Below are positions 39,050 to 52,952 of a stretch of 64,000 nt of DNA, piece by piece. Every line of letters begins with the position of its first letter. Position 1 is the first letter of the stretch. A model generated the notes under the pieces. The model ran no database searches, was not told the origin of the DNA, and saw only the letters and a program-made list of their open reading frames with translations. A program made the position numbers and the translations under genes. Origin of the DNA: Octopus sinensis (lineage: Eukaryota); assembly GCF_006345805.1 (NCBI RefSeq), contig NC_043024.1, positions 17,050,001 to 17,114,000 of the forward strand, read 5' to 3'.

Positions 39050-39365
39050 TTCAATGCCACCTTGACTGGCGTCTTTGCCAGTGGGCTGATGCCAGCGTCA
39101 CCTTGACCTGCGTCCATGCTGGTGGCACGTAAACATCACCAACCGATCGTGGCCGTTGCCGGCCTCCTGGCCCCTGTGCTGGTGGCACATAAAAAGCACC
39201 CACTACACTCACGGAGTGGTTGGCATTAGGAAGAGCATCCAGCTGTAGAAACACTGCCAAATCAGACTGGAGCCTGGTGCAGCCTCCTGGCTTCCCAGAC
39301 CCCGGTCGAACCGTCCAACCCATGCTAGCATGGAAAATGGATTTTAGACGATGACGATGATGAGG
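39050..39365 (+). mobile_element. RTE 3' UTR fragment
   Basis: GTGCTGGTGGCAC repeats and CCATGCTAGCATGGAAAA...GATGA tail. Confidence 0.8.
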
Positions 39366-39749
39366 ATTACTTTATAGAAATATTCTTTTTCTACTCTAGG
39401 TACAAGGCCTGAAATTGTGGGGGAGGGGGCAGTTGATTAGATTGACCCCAGTATGCAACTGGTACTTAATTTATCGATTCTGAAAGGATGAAAGGCAAAG
39501 TTGATCTCGGTGGGATTTGAACTCAGAACACAAAGACAGACGAAACATCACTAAGCCTGGTGTGCTAATGATTCTGCCAGCTTGCCACCTTAGAAATATG
39601 AACTCAGCGCTAGTACTTGACTTGTACTTTATTTCATCGACTTCAAATAGGTGACAGACAAAATTAGCGTATAACATTTACATGTCTATAATTTGCATTT
39701 GTATGTAATGTGCACCACTAGCTGTGGTATCTGCCATGAAAAATATCTT

Positions 39750-40152
39750 CACTCTTTTACTTGTTTCAGTCATTTGACTGAAACAAGTTAGTCAAGCAAA
39801 TCAACCCCAGGACTTATTCTTTGTAGGCCTAGTACTTATTCTATCGGTCTCTTTTTGCCGAACCGCTAAGTTATGGGGAAGTAAACACACCACCATTGGT
39901 TGTCAAGCGATGTTGGTGGGACAAACACAGACGCACAAACTTATACATACACACACATGCATATATATATATATACACATATATACAACAGGCTTCTTTC
40001 AGTTTCTGTCTACCAAATCCACTCACAGGGCTTTCATCAGCCTGAGGCTATATTAGAAGACAATTGCCCAAGGTGCCATGCCGTGGGACTGAACCCAGAA
40101 CAATGTGGTTGGTAAGCAAGCTACTTACCACACAGCCACACTTGCGCCTATG
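39750..40152 (-). mobile_element. SINE family A
   Basis: Colinear with 6765-7172. Confidence 0.9.
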
Positions 40153-41122
40153 TAAAATATGCATTGACTTTTCTTTAGTGTTACTATGTTAGGGAAAAGA
40201 AGTGTTTAGCCAGGTTTATTATAATTGTTATATAAAATATACTAAACAAGTTCACATCTACACAAAACAAGGAAACAAATTCAAAAGTGACTTTGAACTT
40301 TACTGAAGTTGTAAAAGTGCCAACTGTAAAGTTATTAATGTAAAAACCACATGATCATGTTTTTTTTTTCTCTCTATAAAATCAATTTCAGTTTGATAGT
40401 GACAATGTATTTTAATGAATTTTTCCACAGTTTTACCGTTCACTTTGTACAGTGATCTACACATGGTTGTACTTTCCTGTTTTGAGATATTCTTCACATT
40501 TTTGTTTTAAGCATGAGTCATTCATGATCTTGCAAAATTTTTTTAATTAAAGAACAGTTTTTAATCAGAAGCTTAATAAATGCAGACACAACATTTAAAA
40601 TTTTCATGAAGTGATAAAAATATTTGAAACACTTCAGTGTTTCCTGTGTAATTCCATGTGACATTTATGGTGTGTCTTTTAGTTTATTTTTAGTGGGGAT
40701 TTCTGCTTGGTGAACAAGAAAGAAATCTGTGTTTTGTTGCTTATCAATGTCAGTTTTATTGTTTGATAACTTCAGATCAACAATTTAGAGCAAAACTTTG
40801 CTGCTTTTAGTTGTACATTGACTGATAGGGTTTCTGATGTGGGAATATGTATATAAACACGTCACAACCATTTCATATATCAACTCTACCATAGGAACAT
40901 GTAACAATTCTTTTACTCATTGTTATATGTCAGTTAATGTTGGCTATATCTTAACACAGGTTAGTACTTATTCTATCAATATCTGTAGCTGAATAAGTCT
41001 TGGGGTCGATTTGTTTGACTAGCATGTTTGACCATTTGTTGATGATTTGTTTGACCAGCAGTCAAATAATTGAAATAACTGTGGTCAAAATGGCCACAGT
41101 CAAATAACTGAAACAAGTAAAG

Positions 41123-41161
<39 letters not shown>

Positions 41162-41164
<3 letters not shown>

Positions 41165-41728
41165 TTGCGTCGGAAATTAATTAGCACTTCTCAAATTTCT
41201 ACATTTTCTTACATTTTCTTAATTTAATTAACTTATTATCAGAAACGAACTCGTTTTTAATCGAAAATTTATTAAAACATATCCCAGCACACCACATAAT
41301 TGTTATTAATCGTGAAATTTAGTCAATATCTTGTTGCTCCTCCTTTGGCAGCAATGACAGCTTTTACGCGGGTCGGCATGCTGTCTATGAGTGCCTGCAG
41401 GTACTGTGCAGGGATGGCCCCTCATGCAGCAAGAAGTGCCCCAAACAGCTCGTGTCGGTTCCTGTATTGCTGCACATTCAAATCTCTACCCAATCGACTC
41501 CAGAGGTTCTCAATAGGGTTCAGGTTAGGTGACTGGCCAGCACGTACTCTTCGCCACCAAAGAGGTATCCCGTACTATCTCAACGTACTTTGCTGCGTTG
41601 ATGTTGCCTTCGACGGCATAGAGCCGCCCAACACCACTGTAGCTGAACGCCCCTCACACCATCAGACCACACCCACCATGCTTCATGGTGAGCAAATCAA
41701 GGGTGCTAATTAATTTCTGACGGTAGTG
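41162..41728 (-). mobile_element. Tc1-family deletion derivative
   Basis: TIRs CACTTGCGTCGGAAATTAATTAGCAC / GTGCTAATTAATTTCTGACGGTAGTG; TA TSD in (TA)n; transposase remnants TMKHGGCGLMV and LNPIENLW...LIDSMPTRVKAVIAAKGGATRY*. Confidence 0.92.
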
Positions 41729-41768
<40 letters not shown>

Positions 41769-42364
41769 AATGCCTTAGGGTTTCCCAATATGTGGCCATA
41801 TTGTCTAAGAGAGCTTTTGGTACTGTGTTTGTGGTGGGGCTCCAATAATTACATGTACAGTTGTTGTTCCTAGGGGCCACATTTTTGAGACTGTTTCAAC
41901 GTCTTAATATTTGCTTCCCAGAAGTCTTAAGGTCAGCTGGAATTCATGTTTTTATGAGTAAAAATGTTTTGTTAAAGTGATTATTTACCACTATATCTGC
42001 CCTATTGACCTGTACGGCATAATTATTATTATTATCATTATTATTATTATTATTATATTACAATATTTCTTCGACTCATAATGAAAAAGCGAATTTCAAC
42101 CTCTCAAGCTGTGTATACAAAATTGAAATTAAAATATTTATGACTTCCAACAAATGTAAAAAAAATTTTTAAAGCATCATACTGTCGTAATTACATGAGA
42201 AAAGTTAAGCAGGATTCAAATTGGTCTTAACGTTGAAACAGACAGCATGCTAGAAATAGCAGTCAGCCACATTCAAATCATACATTCTAGCTTTAGAAAA
42301 CAAAGCCTGCTATGAATAACGTAGTCCTAGATAACTATGTCCATAAAGCAAAGATATATATATA

Positions 42365-42822
42365 TACAGGTGCAGGTATGGCTGTGTGGTAAAAAGCTTG
42401 CTTCTCAATTACATGGTTCTGTGTTCAGTTCTTCTCTGTGGCATCTTAAGCAGGTGTCTTCTACTATAGCTTCAGGCTGACCAAAGCTTTGTAAGTAACT
42501 TTGATTGACAGAAACTGAAAGAAGCCCATGGTGTGTGTGTGTATATACATATATACACATGTGTTTTTATTAATGTATATGTTTGCGTGTCTGTGTTTGT
42601 CGCTGGACAACCGATGTTGGCATATTTATGCCCCTGTAACTTAGTGGTTCGGCTAAAGATATTGATAGAATAAGTACTAGGCTTACAAAGAATAAGTCTT
42701 GGGGTCAATTTGTTTGACTAGCATGTTTGACCATTTGTTGACAATTTGTTTGACCAGCAGTCAAATAATTGAAATAACTGTGGTCAAAATGGCCACAGTC
42801 AAATAACTGAAACAGGTAAAGT
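42365..42822 (+). mobile_element. SINE family A with expanded 3' region
   Basis: Family A sequence with extra TTTGTTTGAC repeats, shared with 40962-41124. Confidence 0.85.
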
Positions 42823-42859
42823 ATACATATATATCACTGTAACCATATATATATATATA

Positions 42860-43160
42860 TCACCATGACCACCATGTCTGATCAGGATATCAGATGCTGC
42901 TACACATCGCTGGTCACAATGCGCTTCGCATTGTTTTAGCCTTAAAATGATGCCACCTTGCTGGGTACGCGAGCAGGCCAACAGAAGAAAGAGTGAGAGA
43001 AAGTTGTAGGGAAAGAGTACAGCAGGGTTCGCCCCCATCCCTGCCAGAGCCACATGGAGCTTTAGGTGTTTTCACTCAATAAACACTTACAACGCCCGCT
43101 CTGGGAATCGAAACTTGATTCTACGACCACGAATCTGCTGCCCTAACCATTGGGCCTCCA
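42860..43160 (-). mobile_element. SINE family C, tail type 2
   Basis: Reverse complement of the 15619-15918 type. Confidence 0.85.
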
Positions 43161-43804
43161 TATATATATATATAAATGAAAGATCCAAGGATGGAGGTGT
43201 AGGAAAAAAGTGATACACACACATACATACACACATATATATGTATAGGCTGGTCATAACTGGATTGTCTTTAATCATCACTTGCATGGGTGTTGCGTTG
43301 AGCAGGTGCTAGACAACAACAAAAACAACAATAGCAACACGAAAAGTTAACAAGGAGAGCTCTATGTAGATGCCTGATTAGCTAGAAAGTGCAGCCAATT
43401 CATACACTCACTGGATCATGTGGTACCTATATGTGAAGATATAAATAGGTATGGTAATGAATGACACTTTTGATTATAGTTCTATTGCCCTGAGATAAAT
43501 AAAAATAACAATTGTTTACTAGTGGCCATTGAGACCCAACTCGGGTCATTAAATTTTAGACATGGTTAGCTTCCACCCAGTTTCCACTCAAGAGGGGTTG
43601 CCCTAACAGAGGTCATGGTAAACAGGGGCATGAGATGAAGCACAAAACCACATTATCCAGTGTTATTTTTATTAAGAGAGTAGTGAATCTAAAGGGGAGT
43701 CTGAATGTTATTTCTTGCAAGTCAAAAGCCCACATAAAGACTTTTTCTTTGATTTGTATATGTTGAAGTTAAAAGTTAAAAGACAGCCGCAGACACTGTG
43801 ATCG

Positions 43805-44214
43805 TTTAAACCTTTAACATTCAGATTACTCTATCATATATATTGCTTATTTCTTCACATTGTTTCAAATTGATTATTCATTATCTAGTAGCTTTGAGAT
43901 TTCGATAACATCATTGTTTATTTTTAGAATAACATTGTAGGATAGAATATTTTAGTCAGATATGATTGGTTTAACCCTTTCGTTACTGTATTTATTTTGA
44001 GCTGCTCTGTGTTTCTATCAATTAATTTTAAATAAAACATAGAATTTAGTAAAATAACTTATTTATCATTAAGCTAGTGTTAGGAACATAAATTGTGACT
44101 AAGGTTTGGTGGAAGATTTTAATTCAAAACTTAAGAAAACAAGACATTTGTACTCAGAGTCAGAACTGGTTTCAGCCAGGTTGGTAACAAAATGGTTAAG
44201 TGCTAAAGGGTTAA
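43805..44214. mobile_element. TTAA-type MITE (43971-44199) nested in a second TTAA-type MITE
   Basis: Inner TTAA-CCCTTTCGTTAC...GTAACAAAATGG-TTAA; outer TTAA-ACCTTTAACAT...GTGCTAAAGGG-TTAA. Confidence 0.7.
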
Positions 44215-44364
44215 TATCAAAATTTTTAACATAAACTGGATTATCCACTGGATTAAATTCATCCTATGTTTTAAAGACAAAGTGGAAATCAGTTTTTAGA
44301 TTTAATAATTAATATTATCACTTTTAGTTTTTGTATATGCAATGCACAACTTGCCTGCTTGAAC

Positions 44365-44745
44365 ATCACATGCCATTGGTTAAGACAACGAGGGTTCCAG
44401 TTGAACTGATCAATGGAACAACCTGCTCATGAAATTAATGTGCAAGTGGCTGAGCACTCCACAGACATGTGTACCCTTAATATAGTCCTCAGGGAGATTC
44501 AGTGTGACACAGAGTGTGACGTGGTTGGCTCTTTGGAATACAGGTACAACAGAAACAGAAAGAAAGAGTGAGAGAAAGTTGTGGTGAAAGAGTACAGCAG
44601 GGTTTGCCACCACTCCCTGATGGAGCCTCGTGGAGCTTTAGGCGTTTTCACTCAATAAGCACTCACAATGCCTGGTCTGAGAATCGAAACCGTGATCCTA
44701 CGACCGCAAGTCCGCTGCCCTAACCACTGGGCCATTGCGCCTCCA
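44365..44745 (-). mobile_element. SINE family C, tail type 1
   Basis: Reverse complement of the 13962-14335 type. Confidence 0.85.
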
Positions 44746-44924
44746 CATACAGACAAGCATACATACATACATACATACATACATACATACATACATACAT
44801 ACATACATACATTCCTTCCTTCTGGGACCCTGAAGGAGGATCTATGGCTGGAAAGACATTTCTTAAAGGAAGTTCCTGTACTTCCAATGTATTTCCTTGG
44901 ATGCGTGGAATCAGTGTCATGTCT

Positions 44925-45232
44925 ACTATTGCTGTTGTTGTTGCTGCTACCACTTCTGCAGTTGGTGCTGTTGTTGTTGCTGTTGCAATTGTAGTTGTTG
45001 ATGTTGTAGCTGCCATTAGTGCCGCTGTTGTTGCTGCCGATGGTGTTGATTCTGGTGGTGCTGGAGCAGCGGCTGTTGGTAGTGGTGCCACTGGAGGTGG
45101 TGGTTGCATCAGTAGTGTTACTGTCTCTCTGTGTGTTGCCATTGATGCATGTGTTGGTGTTATTAAACCTGCCAATGTTGCTGCAGTTGCTGCTGATTGT
45201 GCTGCTGTCAACGATGATATTGCTGGTGCTAC
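44925..45232. repeat. Degenerate (GTT/GCT/GGT)n trinucleotide tract
   Basis: Low-complexity triplets giving open frames on both strands. Confidence 0.75.
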
Positions 45233-46069
45233 ATATATATATATATATATATATATATAAGAAGGTTTGGAGATGGTATACAGGTATTATATATTAGAAG
45301 AAATAAGGTACTCAGAAATCTGGATGGTTTTATATTTACAGATATTTATTAATATGTCACATGTTTATATAAATCATATATTAGTGCTTGCGTCCACTCT
45401 AGTGGAGTCTTCAGATTGAATTTTTTTCAGGAGATTATATATATATGATATCTGAAAGACACTCAAGGTGCTTACATGCATATAAATGCACTTTCGCTCA
45501 ATGCAGCGGGGAATGAATTTGAGTAACTGTTAACATAATTTACTTTAAAGTATGGAGGAATTAAATTTAGCTTTAACCTTCCCATTCTTATAAGCACCAA
45601 ACAGCTAACTTGCTATGTGAATGTATATGTGCCAAACCACATGTGTATGTATAATTATATCTTTATGGCTGTTTGAATGAGTAAGTGTACATGTGTCATA
45701 CAAGTTACGTGAGGGCGTTTATCCATCCATATCCATTAATGCTTATATTTAACACTTTTCTCACATATGTGTTTCTTTTTTGCATCTGTTATTTTATTAT
45801 TAATCTTCTATATAAATGAAGCTCTATCCTTTAATTTGCTGCTTTTTTTTCACAAGAACTGAAAAGATACATTGCAGAACTACTAATTTAACAAGTTGTA
45901 TCTGTTTATTCACCTGAAGAGACACATCTGACCATCGGATGCTTCTGAACCAGTTGTTAAGTATCCCACCCATGAGTGATCGATGCTAACTGTTTTGAAA
46001 CAATTGTAGTGATTAATAAAAACTCTCGTATCTTCCATCTTCTATCTCTCATTAACCACATATATATAA

Positions 46070-46678
46070 CTGAGGAAATGACTAGAGACTGAGACCTTTG
46101 GAAGTATGCTGTGCGTGAGAAGACCCGGCAGGACAAGTGAGACCATAACCCGTGGCCTCTACCTGAGATGTAGCCAGCCCACTTATGCATACCTTTCCTT
46201 CTTGGGACACAAAACTCTACTTGTGAAGACCTGTTGAGACAAGTGAAAATCGAAATTGATCAACATCAATGGAAATTGTAGCTCTGATACCAGTGCTGGT
46301 GGCACGTAAGAGAACCATCCGAATGTGGCCGTTGCCAGCACCGCCCCGACTGGCCTCCGTGCCGTCGGCACATAAAAAGCACCATCTGATCATTGCCGTT
46401 ACCAGCCCCGTCTGACCTCTGTGCCAGTGGCACATAAAAAGCACCATCCGATCGTGGCCGTTTGCCAGCCTCATCTGGCCCCTGTGCCGGTGGCACAAAA
46501 AAGAACACCCACTACACTCACGGAGTGGTTGTCATTAGGAAGGGCATCTAGCCTTAGAAACACTGCCAGATCAGACTGGGCCTGGTGCAACCTCCTGGCT
46601 TCCCAGACCCTGGTCGAACCGTCCAACCCATGCTAGCATGGAAAATGGACATTATATGATGATTATGATGATGATGAT
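46070..46678 (+). mobile_element. RTE 3' end (ORF terminus plus 3' UTR and GAT tail)
   Basis: EEMTRD*DLWKYAVREKTRQ remnant followed by ~60-bp repeats and tail. Confidence 0.85.
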
Positions 46679-46826
46679 ATATATATATTATTTTATTCTC
46701 TTACTTATTTCGGCCATGTGGCTGCGATCATGCTGGAGCATCACCATGGTGCCGGAGCACATATTTCTTCTGTAAGTTTGTGAGTTTGGTTAAATATAGA
46801 GGGATGAATGTAACTTCAGAGTTGAA

Positions 46827-46896
<70 letters not shown>

Positions 46897-48375
46897 TGTT
46901 TAATGTCTTTCCATTCAATCATGGTTGCATTCATGCATCCAACCATCCATCTGTTTGTCCATGTTAATCTTTATTTTTAAGTTGAGTTCTATTTTAAAAC
47001 AATTTAACCATAAACTAATGAATTACTCAATAAGTTTCTGTAGAATAAGGTTGACAGGGACTTCGAAGTTTCAGCTTGTCTGCCTTCATCTGATCAAAAG
47101 AAGTAAGCTAAAATTTCAAAACACTGTGAACCTCTTTCTTGAAAAATTTGATAACTACATGGTCCCGGGGTCAGTCCCACTGCATAGCACCTTGGGCAAG
47201 TATCTTCTATAACCTCGAGCCAACCAAAGCCTTCTGAATGGATTTGGTAGTTGGAAACTGAAAGAAGTCCATTGTGTGTGTGTGTTTGTCTTGTATCGCC
47301 ACTTGACAACTGGTGTTGGTATAGTTATGCCCTTGTAACTTAGCAGTTTGGCAAGAGACTGATAGAATAAGTGCCAGGCATGACAGAAGAATGGTACTGC
47401 GAGCAATTCATTCAACTAAAATCCTTCAAGGGGGTGCTCCAGCATGGCCACAGTCTCATGGCTGAAACTAGTAAAAGATAAAGCATGTTTGTATCTGTGT
47501 GTATATATTTACAATCGTACCCTTCTGACTGATGTCACTCATTTCAGGCGGTGGGGTTGTTGTTGTTGATTCTCCAGTCAAGAAATTGTTTGCCCCTTTC
47601 ACGCTATTGAAACCATGTGAAATAAGAGATCCCTCACTTCAAAATTTAGTAAAGGTTGACAACTGGAAGGGCATCCAACTATAAAACAGTACCTCAATAA
47701 TATATTCACCTAACCCATGCTAGCATCGCAAAACTGACATAAAATGAGCAAGCGAACACAGAGAAAGCGAGAGATATAGATAGAGAAACTAAGTCCTCAA
47801 TCTAATCAAAACACAATATCTTGGTGCAACATTTTCCTATAATCACTAGTCATGAATCAAAGCCACTTCTTCCCTTCCTCCCTGCAAGTCATAGATGCTT
47901 TGCAAAAGGGTCAGCCTTGGGTACCATTTTTTTTTCTCTGCACTAAGGCTTATTCAAGAGATGCTGTTTTTCTTTCTCTGGACAAGTGGCCATTCCTTGG
48001 TGCCATCCTTCTTTCTCTAGAGTGATTGTGATTCTTTGGTGCCAACCTTATTTCTCAGGGTTAAGCTTTGGCAAAAAATAAAGAAATTAAAAAATCTTCT
48101 GGCTGTTGAACTGTTGGCAAGATCTCTAATGAAATGTCGGCATATTTCTTGGCAAAAGACAGAAATTTATTACAAAAACAGTCTTGTTGTGATAAATTTA
48201 ATTTGATAGTGAGATAAAATTAATTGAAATATATTTCATCTTAATTTAATTTTGTCTTTTAAGCACAAACTTAGCTTTTATCTCGGTTCTGTAAAACACA
48301 TATGTGGCAGGAAATAACTGTAGCATGTACTGTTGGTAGAGATCTAAACTTTATGCATACACCCATGGATGTATA

Positions 48376-48431
<56 letters not shown>

Positions 48432-49414
48432 CACACATATATGTATGCATATATATACATACATATATAACATAGATATATATAAATACACACGTATATA
48501 ACATACATACATACCTACATATATATATATATATATATTATGTATGTTATATTTGTGTATATGTATATATATCTGTTATATATGTATGTATATGCATTTA
48601 TATATGAGTGTGTATGTATATATATATATGTATATATGCATATATGTATGTATATATATATGTATATATGCATATATGTATGTATATATATATGTATATA
48701 TGCATATATATATGTATATATATGTATATATGCATATATATATGTATATATATGTATATATGCATATATATGTATGTTTATATAGATACACATATATATA
48801 TACATACACATATATGTATATGCATTTATTTGTGTGCGTGCATATCGTATACACAGACACATGTATAGATATATGTACAGCTCATACATTTTTCATACAC
48901 AAACACATGTACATTATATGTACAAAAGCTCATACGCACATTCATATATACACACCTATATATATATTTTTATGTATAGACCTATATAATTATATACATA
49001 CTTATCAAGCATATCGCACACACACGCACACTCACAAGCATCCTTCCTTATCCATATGCATACACATACATAGAAATAAACTTTCATACATATATACACA
49101 TACACATGTATTTATGTTGCACCAATAAGGAGGTCTCAGTTACTTACTGTACTAGAAATAACAGCCAGAATGTATCACACTGTTACTGCATTATCCATCA
49201 GTCCATCCATGCCCACCATGTCTGTTTCTGTATTGCAAAATTTTTCTTTGTTTTCTGAGCATAATTTCTGTGATGGTTTCTTTTTGTAAAAGGAAGTTTA
49301 AAAATGTCTGGTTCAACAATCTTCTTTTAGAAGGGTTTAGGAACAGCTTGAATGGTCCTGTCTGTTAGTATAACCAGGTAGAAGTTGGCTGGTTGTGGGG
49401 TAGGGAGATATGGA

Positions 49415-49810
49415 GAGGAAGAGGGAGAGAGAGAGAGACAGAAAGTTGTACACACAGGGAAAGAAAGAGAAGGGAAGAGAGAGGGAGAGAGACATAGAAA
49501 TAGAGAGGCAGAGAGAGACATATTGAAGAGGAGAGCAGAAGAGGAAGAAAGAGAGAGAGAGAGAGAGACAGATGTATACACAGAGAAAGAAAGAGAGGGG
49601 AAGAGAGAGGGAGAGAAACAGGGAGAGAGACAGGGAGAAACACATTGAAGAGGAGAGTGGAAGAAGAAGAAAGAGACAGACAGACAGACAGCAAACAGGT
49701 GTATACACAGAGAAAAAGAGAAGAGAGAGACACGTAGAATGAGAGAGTGGAAGAGGAAGAGAGAGAGAGAGAGACAGACAGATGTATAGATAGAGAAAGA
49801 AAGAGAGACT
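49415..49810. repeat. GA-rich polypurine tract with ~125-bp higher-order repeat
   Basis: TGTAYACACAG at ~49447, 49573 and 49700; ATTGAAGAGGAGAG twice. Confidence 0.8.
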
Positions 49811-50567
49811 TACCTAGGGTTAAATAGCAACACTAGCGAAGTTCCCCTTTACCCAACCTCAAGAGTCAAAGCTGGACTGGATTTAGACCATCTGTGTGTC
49901 TGCTTGCCTGTCTATCTATCTATCTGTCTGTCTGTTTGTCTGTCTGCCTGTCTACATATCTATCCAATATGTCGGTGTAGGTGTGTATAATGTATGTGCA
50001 TTTTCATTTGTGAGTCTTTATCAGAAATGTGTCCACTAGGGCAGTGTTAGTGTAATCTATCTTATAACTTGCACTAACATCACACACACACACATTTATA
50101 TATATATATATCTTTTTTTTTCTCCTTTTCATTCATTTACAAAAGATACAGTCTACTTCATTTCTTTTGACTAAACCTCACACACACACACACACATTTA
50201 TTTATATATACTGATGCATATGTATGAATAGCATTGATGTTTAACTGAACGAAAAGCTAAGAGTTGCTAATGCTTGTTGGTAAAAAGGAAAGAAAAAATT
50301 GAATCGTAAAGCTACACATTGTGGCTCAAGTGCTGATATCAAACATACATTGTTATATGAATCTGGACGTTTTTTTATTATCGTAGAATAGCTCCAGAGA
50401 CGTATAAACAAAGTAGAGCAGACACAACTGTATTATATTTGAATTAGGTTTCAGTAACGACCACAAAGAAACGATAATGGAAATAAGGGAAACTTTAGAA
50501 TTGTGAGGGTTTGGCGGTGAGGTAGAGGGGTTTTTCTGAAGCATGTTTGTTTGTGTGTGTGTGTTTT

Positions 50568-50602
<35 letters not shown>

Positions 50603-51065
50603 TGAATACAAATGCAGAAAAATATTGAAATAAATAAACCCATGAAGATGCTAGTATTTACCAATTATGGTTCCAGTCTTTAAGTGATTTCTCAGTTTGA
50701 ATTACAAGCCAATAAATCAATGCCAATATGGTTGGGTCTTGCATGTAGAGCAATATATTAAGACTCAATAATTGAGTAAGATTCTGTCATATAAATCCAT
50801 ACATACATATGTATGTATATATGTATGTATATAAATATATGTATATAAATATATATATATATATGTATATATATGTATGTATGTATATGTGTCTGTATGT
50901 GTGTGTTGGCTGAGTGGAAAGAAGCTTGCTTTCCAACCACATAGTTCTGGGTTCAGTCTCATTGCATGGCACCTTGGGCAAGTGTCTTCTTCTATAGACT
51001 TGGGCTGACCTAAGCCTTGTGAGTGGATTTGGTAGGTTGAAACTGAAAGAAGCCTGTTGTATTTA

Positions 51066-52952
51066 TCATCATCATCATCATCATCATCGTTTAACGACCA
51101 CTTTCCATGCTAGCATGGGTTGGACGATTTGACTGAGGGCTGGCAAACCAGATCGCTGCACCAGGTTTCAATCATGATCTGGCAAAGTTTCTACAGCTGG
51201 ATGCCCTTCCTAACGCCAACCACTCTGAGAGTGTAGTGGGAGTCTTTTATGTGCCACCGGCACAGGGCCAGTCAGGCAGTACTGGCAACGACCTCGCTCG
51301 AATCTTTTACACATGCCACTGGCACAGGTGCCAGTAAGGCGATGCTGGTAACAATCACGTTCGAATGGTGTCTTTTTCAAGCCACCGGCACAGAGGCCAG
51401 ATAACCACTCTGGCAATGATCACGTGCTGATGGTGCTCTTAATACCCTACTAGCATGGGGCTCGAGTGCCAGTAAGGTGATGCTGGTAACGATTAGTTGC
51501 TCTGTCAATGATCACACTCATATGGTGCTCTTTGCACCCCGCTACCACAGACGCCAGTCATTGAATTTGATTTTGATTTCACTTGCCTCAACAGGTCTTC
51601 GCATGCAGAGTTTTAGTGTCCAAAGAAGGAAAAGGTATGCATAAGTGGGCTGGTTATGCGCCTGGCAGTATAGGCCATGAGATTATGGTCTCATTTGGCT
51701 TGCCGGGTCTTCTCATGCACGGCATATTTCCAAAAGATTCGGTCACTAGTCATTTCCTTGGTGAGTCCTAAAGTTCAAAGGTCGTGCTTCACCACTTCAT
51801 CCCAGGTCTTCCTGGGTCTACCTCTTCAACAGGTTCTCTCAACCGCCAGGGTGTGGGAATTTTTCACACAGCTATCCTCACCCATTCTCGCCACATGACC
51901 ATACCAGCGCAGTCGTCTCTCTTGCACACCACATCTGATGTTTCTTAGGTCCAACCTTTCTCTCAAGGCACTAACACTCCGTTGAGTATGCACACTGACA
52001 TTACACATCCATCGGATCATACTGGCTTCATTCCTTGTGAGCTTACACATGTCCTCAGCAGTCACAGCCCATGTTTCACTGCCATGTAGCATGGCTGTTT
52101 GTACACATGTGTCATACAGTCTACCTTTTACTCTGAGCGAGAGGCCCATTGTCACCAGCTCTCTGAACTTTGCCCAAGCTATTCTTATTCTGGCAGCTAC
52201 ACTTTCAGTGCACCCTCCCTCTCTACTGACTTGGTCACCTAGGTAATGGAAGCTATCAACTACTTCTAGTTTTCCTCTCTGGAATGTAGCGAAAGTTGTT
52301 CTCTGCACATTTTCAGAGTCTATTGCTCCCGAGCATCTGCCACATACAAAAACTATCTTCCCGGTTAGCCTGCCTTTGATATTACTGCACGTCTTATGTG
52401 TTCATAGCTTACACTTGGTACATCTTATAAAGTTTCTACCTACACCTCTACTACAGATTGAGCAGGGCCATCTACCTGAAGGGATTTGTGGTTTGCCTGC
52501 CTCCCTACTTATTAGGACTTTGGTTTTAGCTAGGTTGACTCTTAGGCCCTTGAAACTTCTCCTCTAGTTCTGATAGTGACTCAGTAATTAGAGCAAGGTC
52601 ATCAGCATAGAGGAGCTCCCAGGGGCATCCTGTCTTGAATTCCTCCATTATTGCCTGGAGGACTATGATAAATAGGAGGGGGCCGAGGACTGAACCCTGG
52701 TGGACCCCTACCTCTACCCTGAATTCTTCAGTGTACTCGTTGCCAACCCTCACCTTACTGACAGCATCCCTGTACATGGCTTGCACGGCTCTCACTAACC
52801 ATTCATCTATCCCTAGTTTCCTCAATGACCACCAGATAATGGATCGGGGGACCCTGTCAAAGGCTTTCTCCATGTCAACGAAAGCCAGGTACAGGGGCTT
52901 ATCTTTGGCTAGGTATTTCTCCTGCAGCTGTCTTATCAGGAATATAGCATCA
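51066..52952 (-). mobile_element. 5'-truncated RTE LINE (RT fragment plus 3' UTR) inserted in the middle of a SINE A (halves ~50905-51062 and ~52953-53160)
   Basis: AFVDMEKAFDRVPR, GVHQGSVLGPLLF and LLYADDL motifs; YLGDQ...RRLRWYGHVARM; frameshifts; (GAT)n tail. Confidence 0.93.

Noticed and set aside
44720-45260. Ala/Thr/Pro-rich and Val/Ala-rich ORFs
   Set aside because: Degenerate trinucleotide tract between microsatellites, open on both strands, without convincing splice sites
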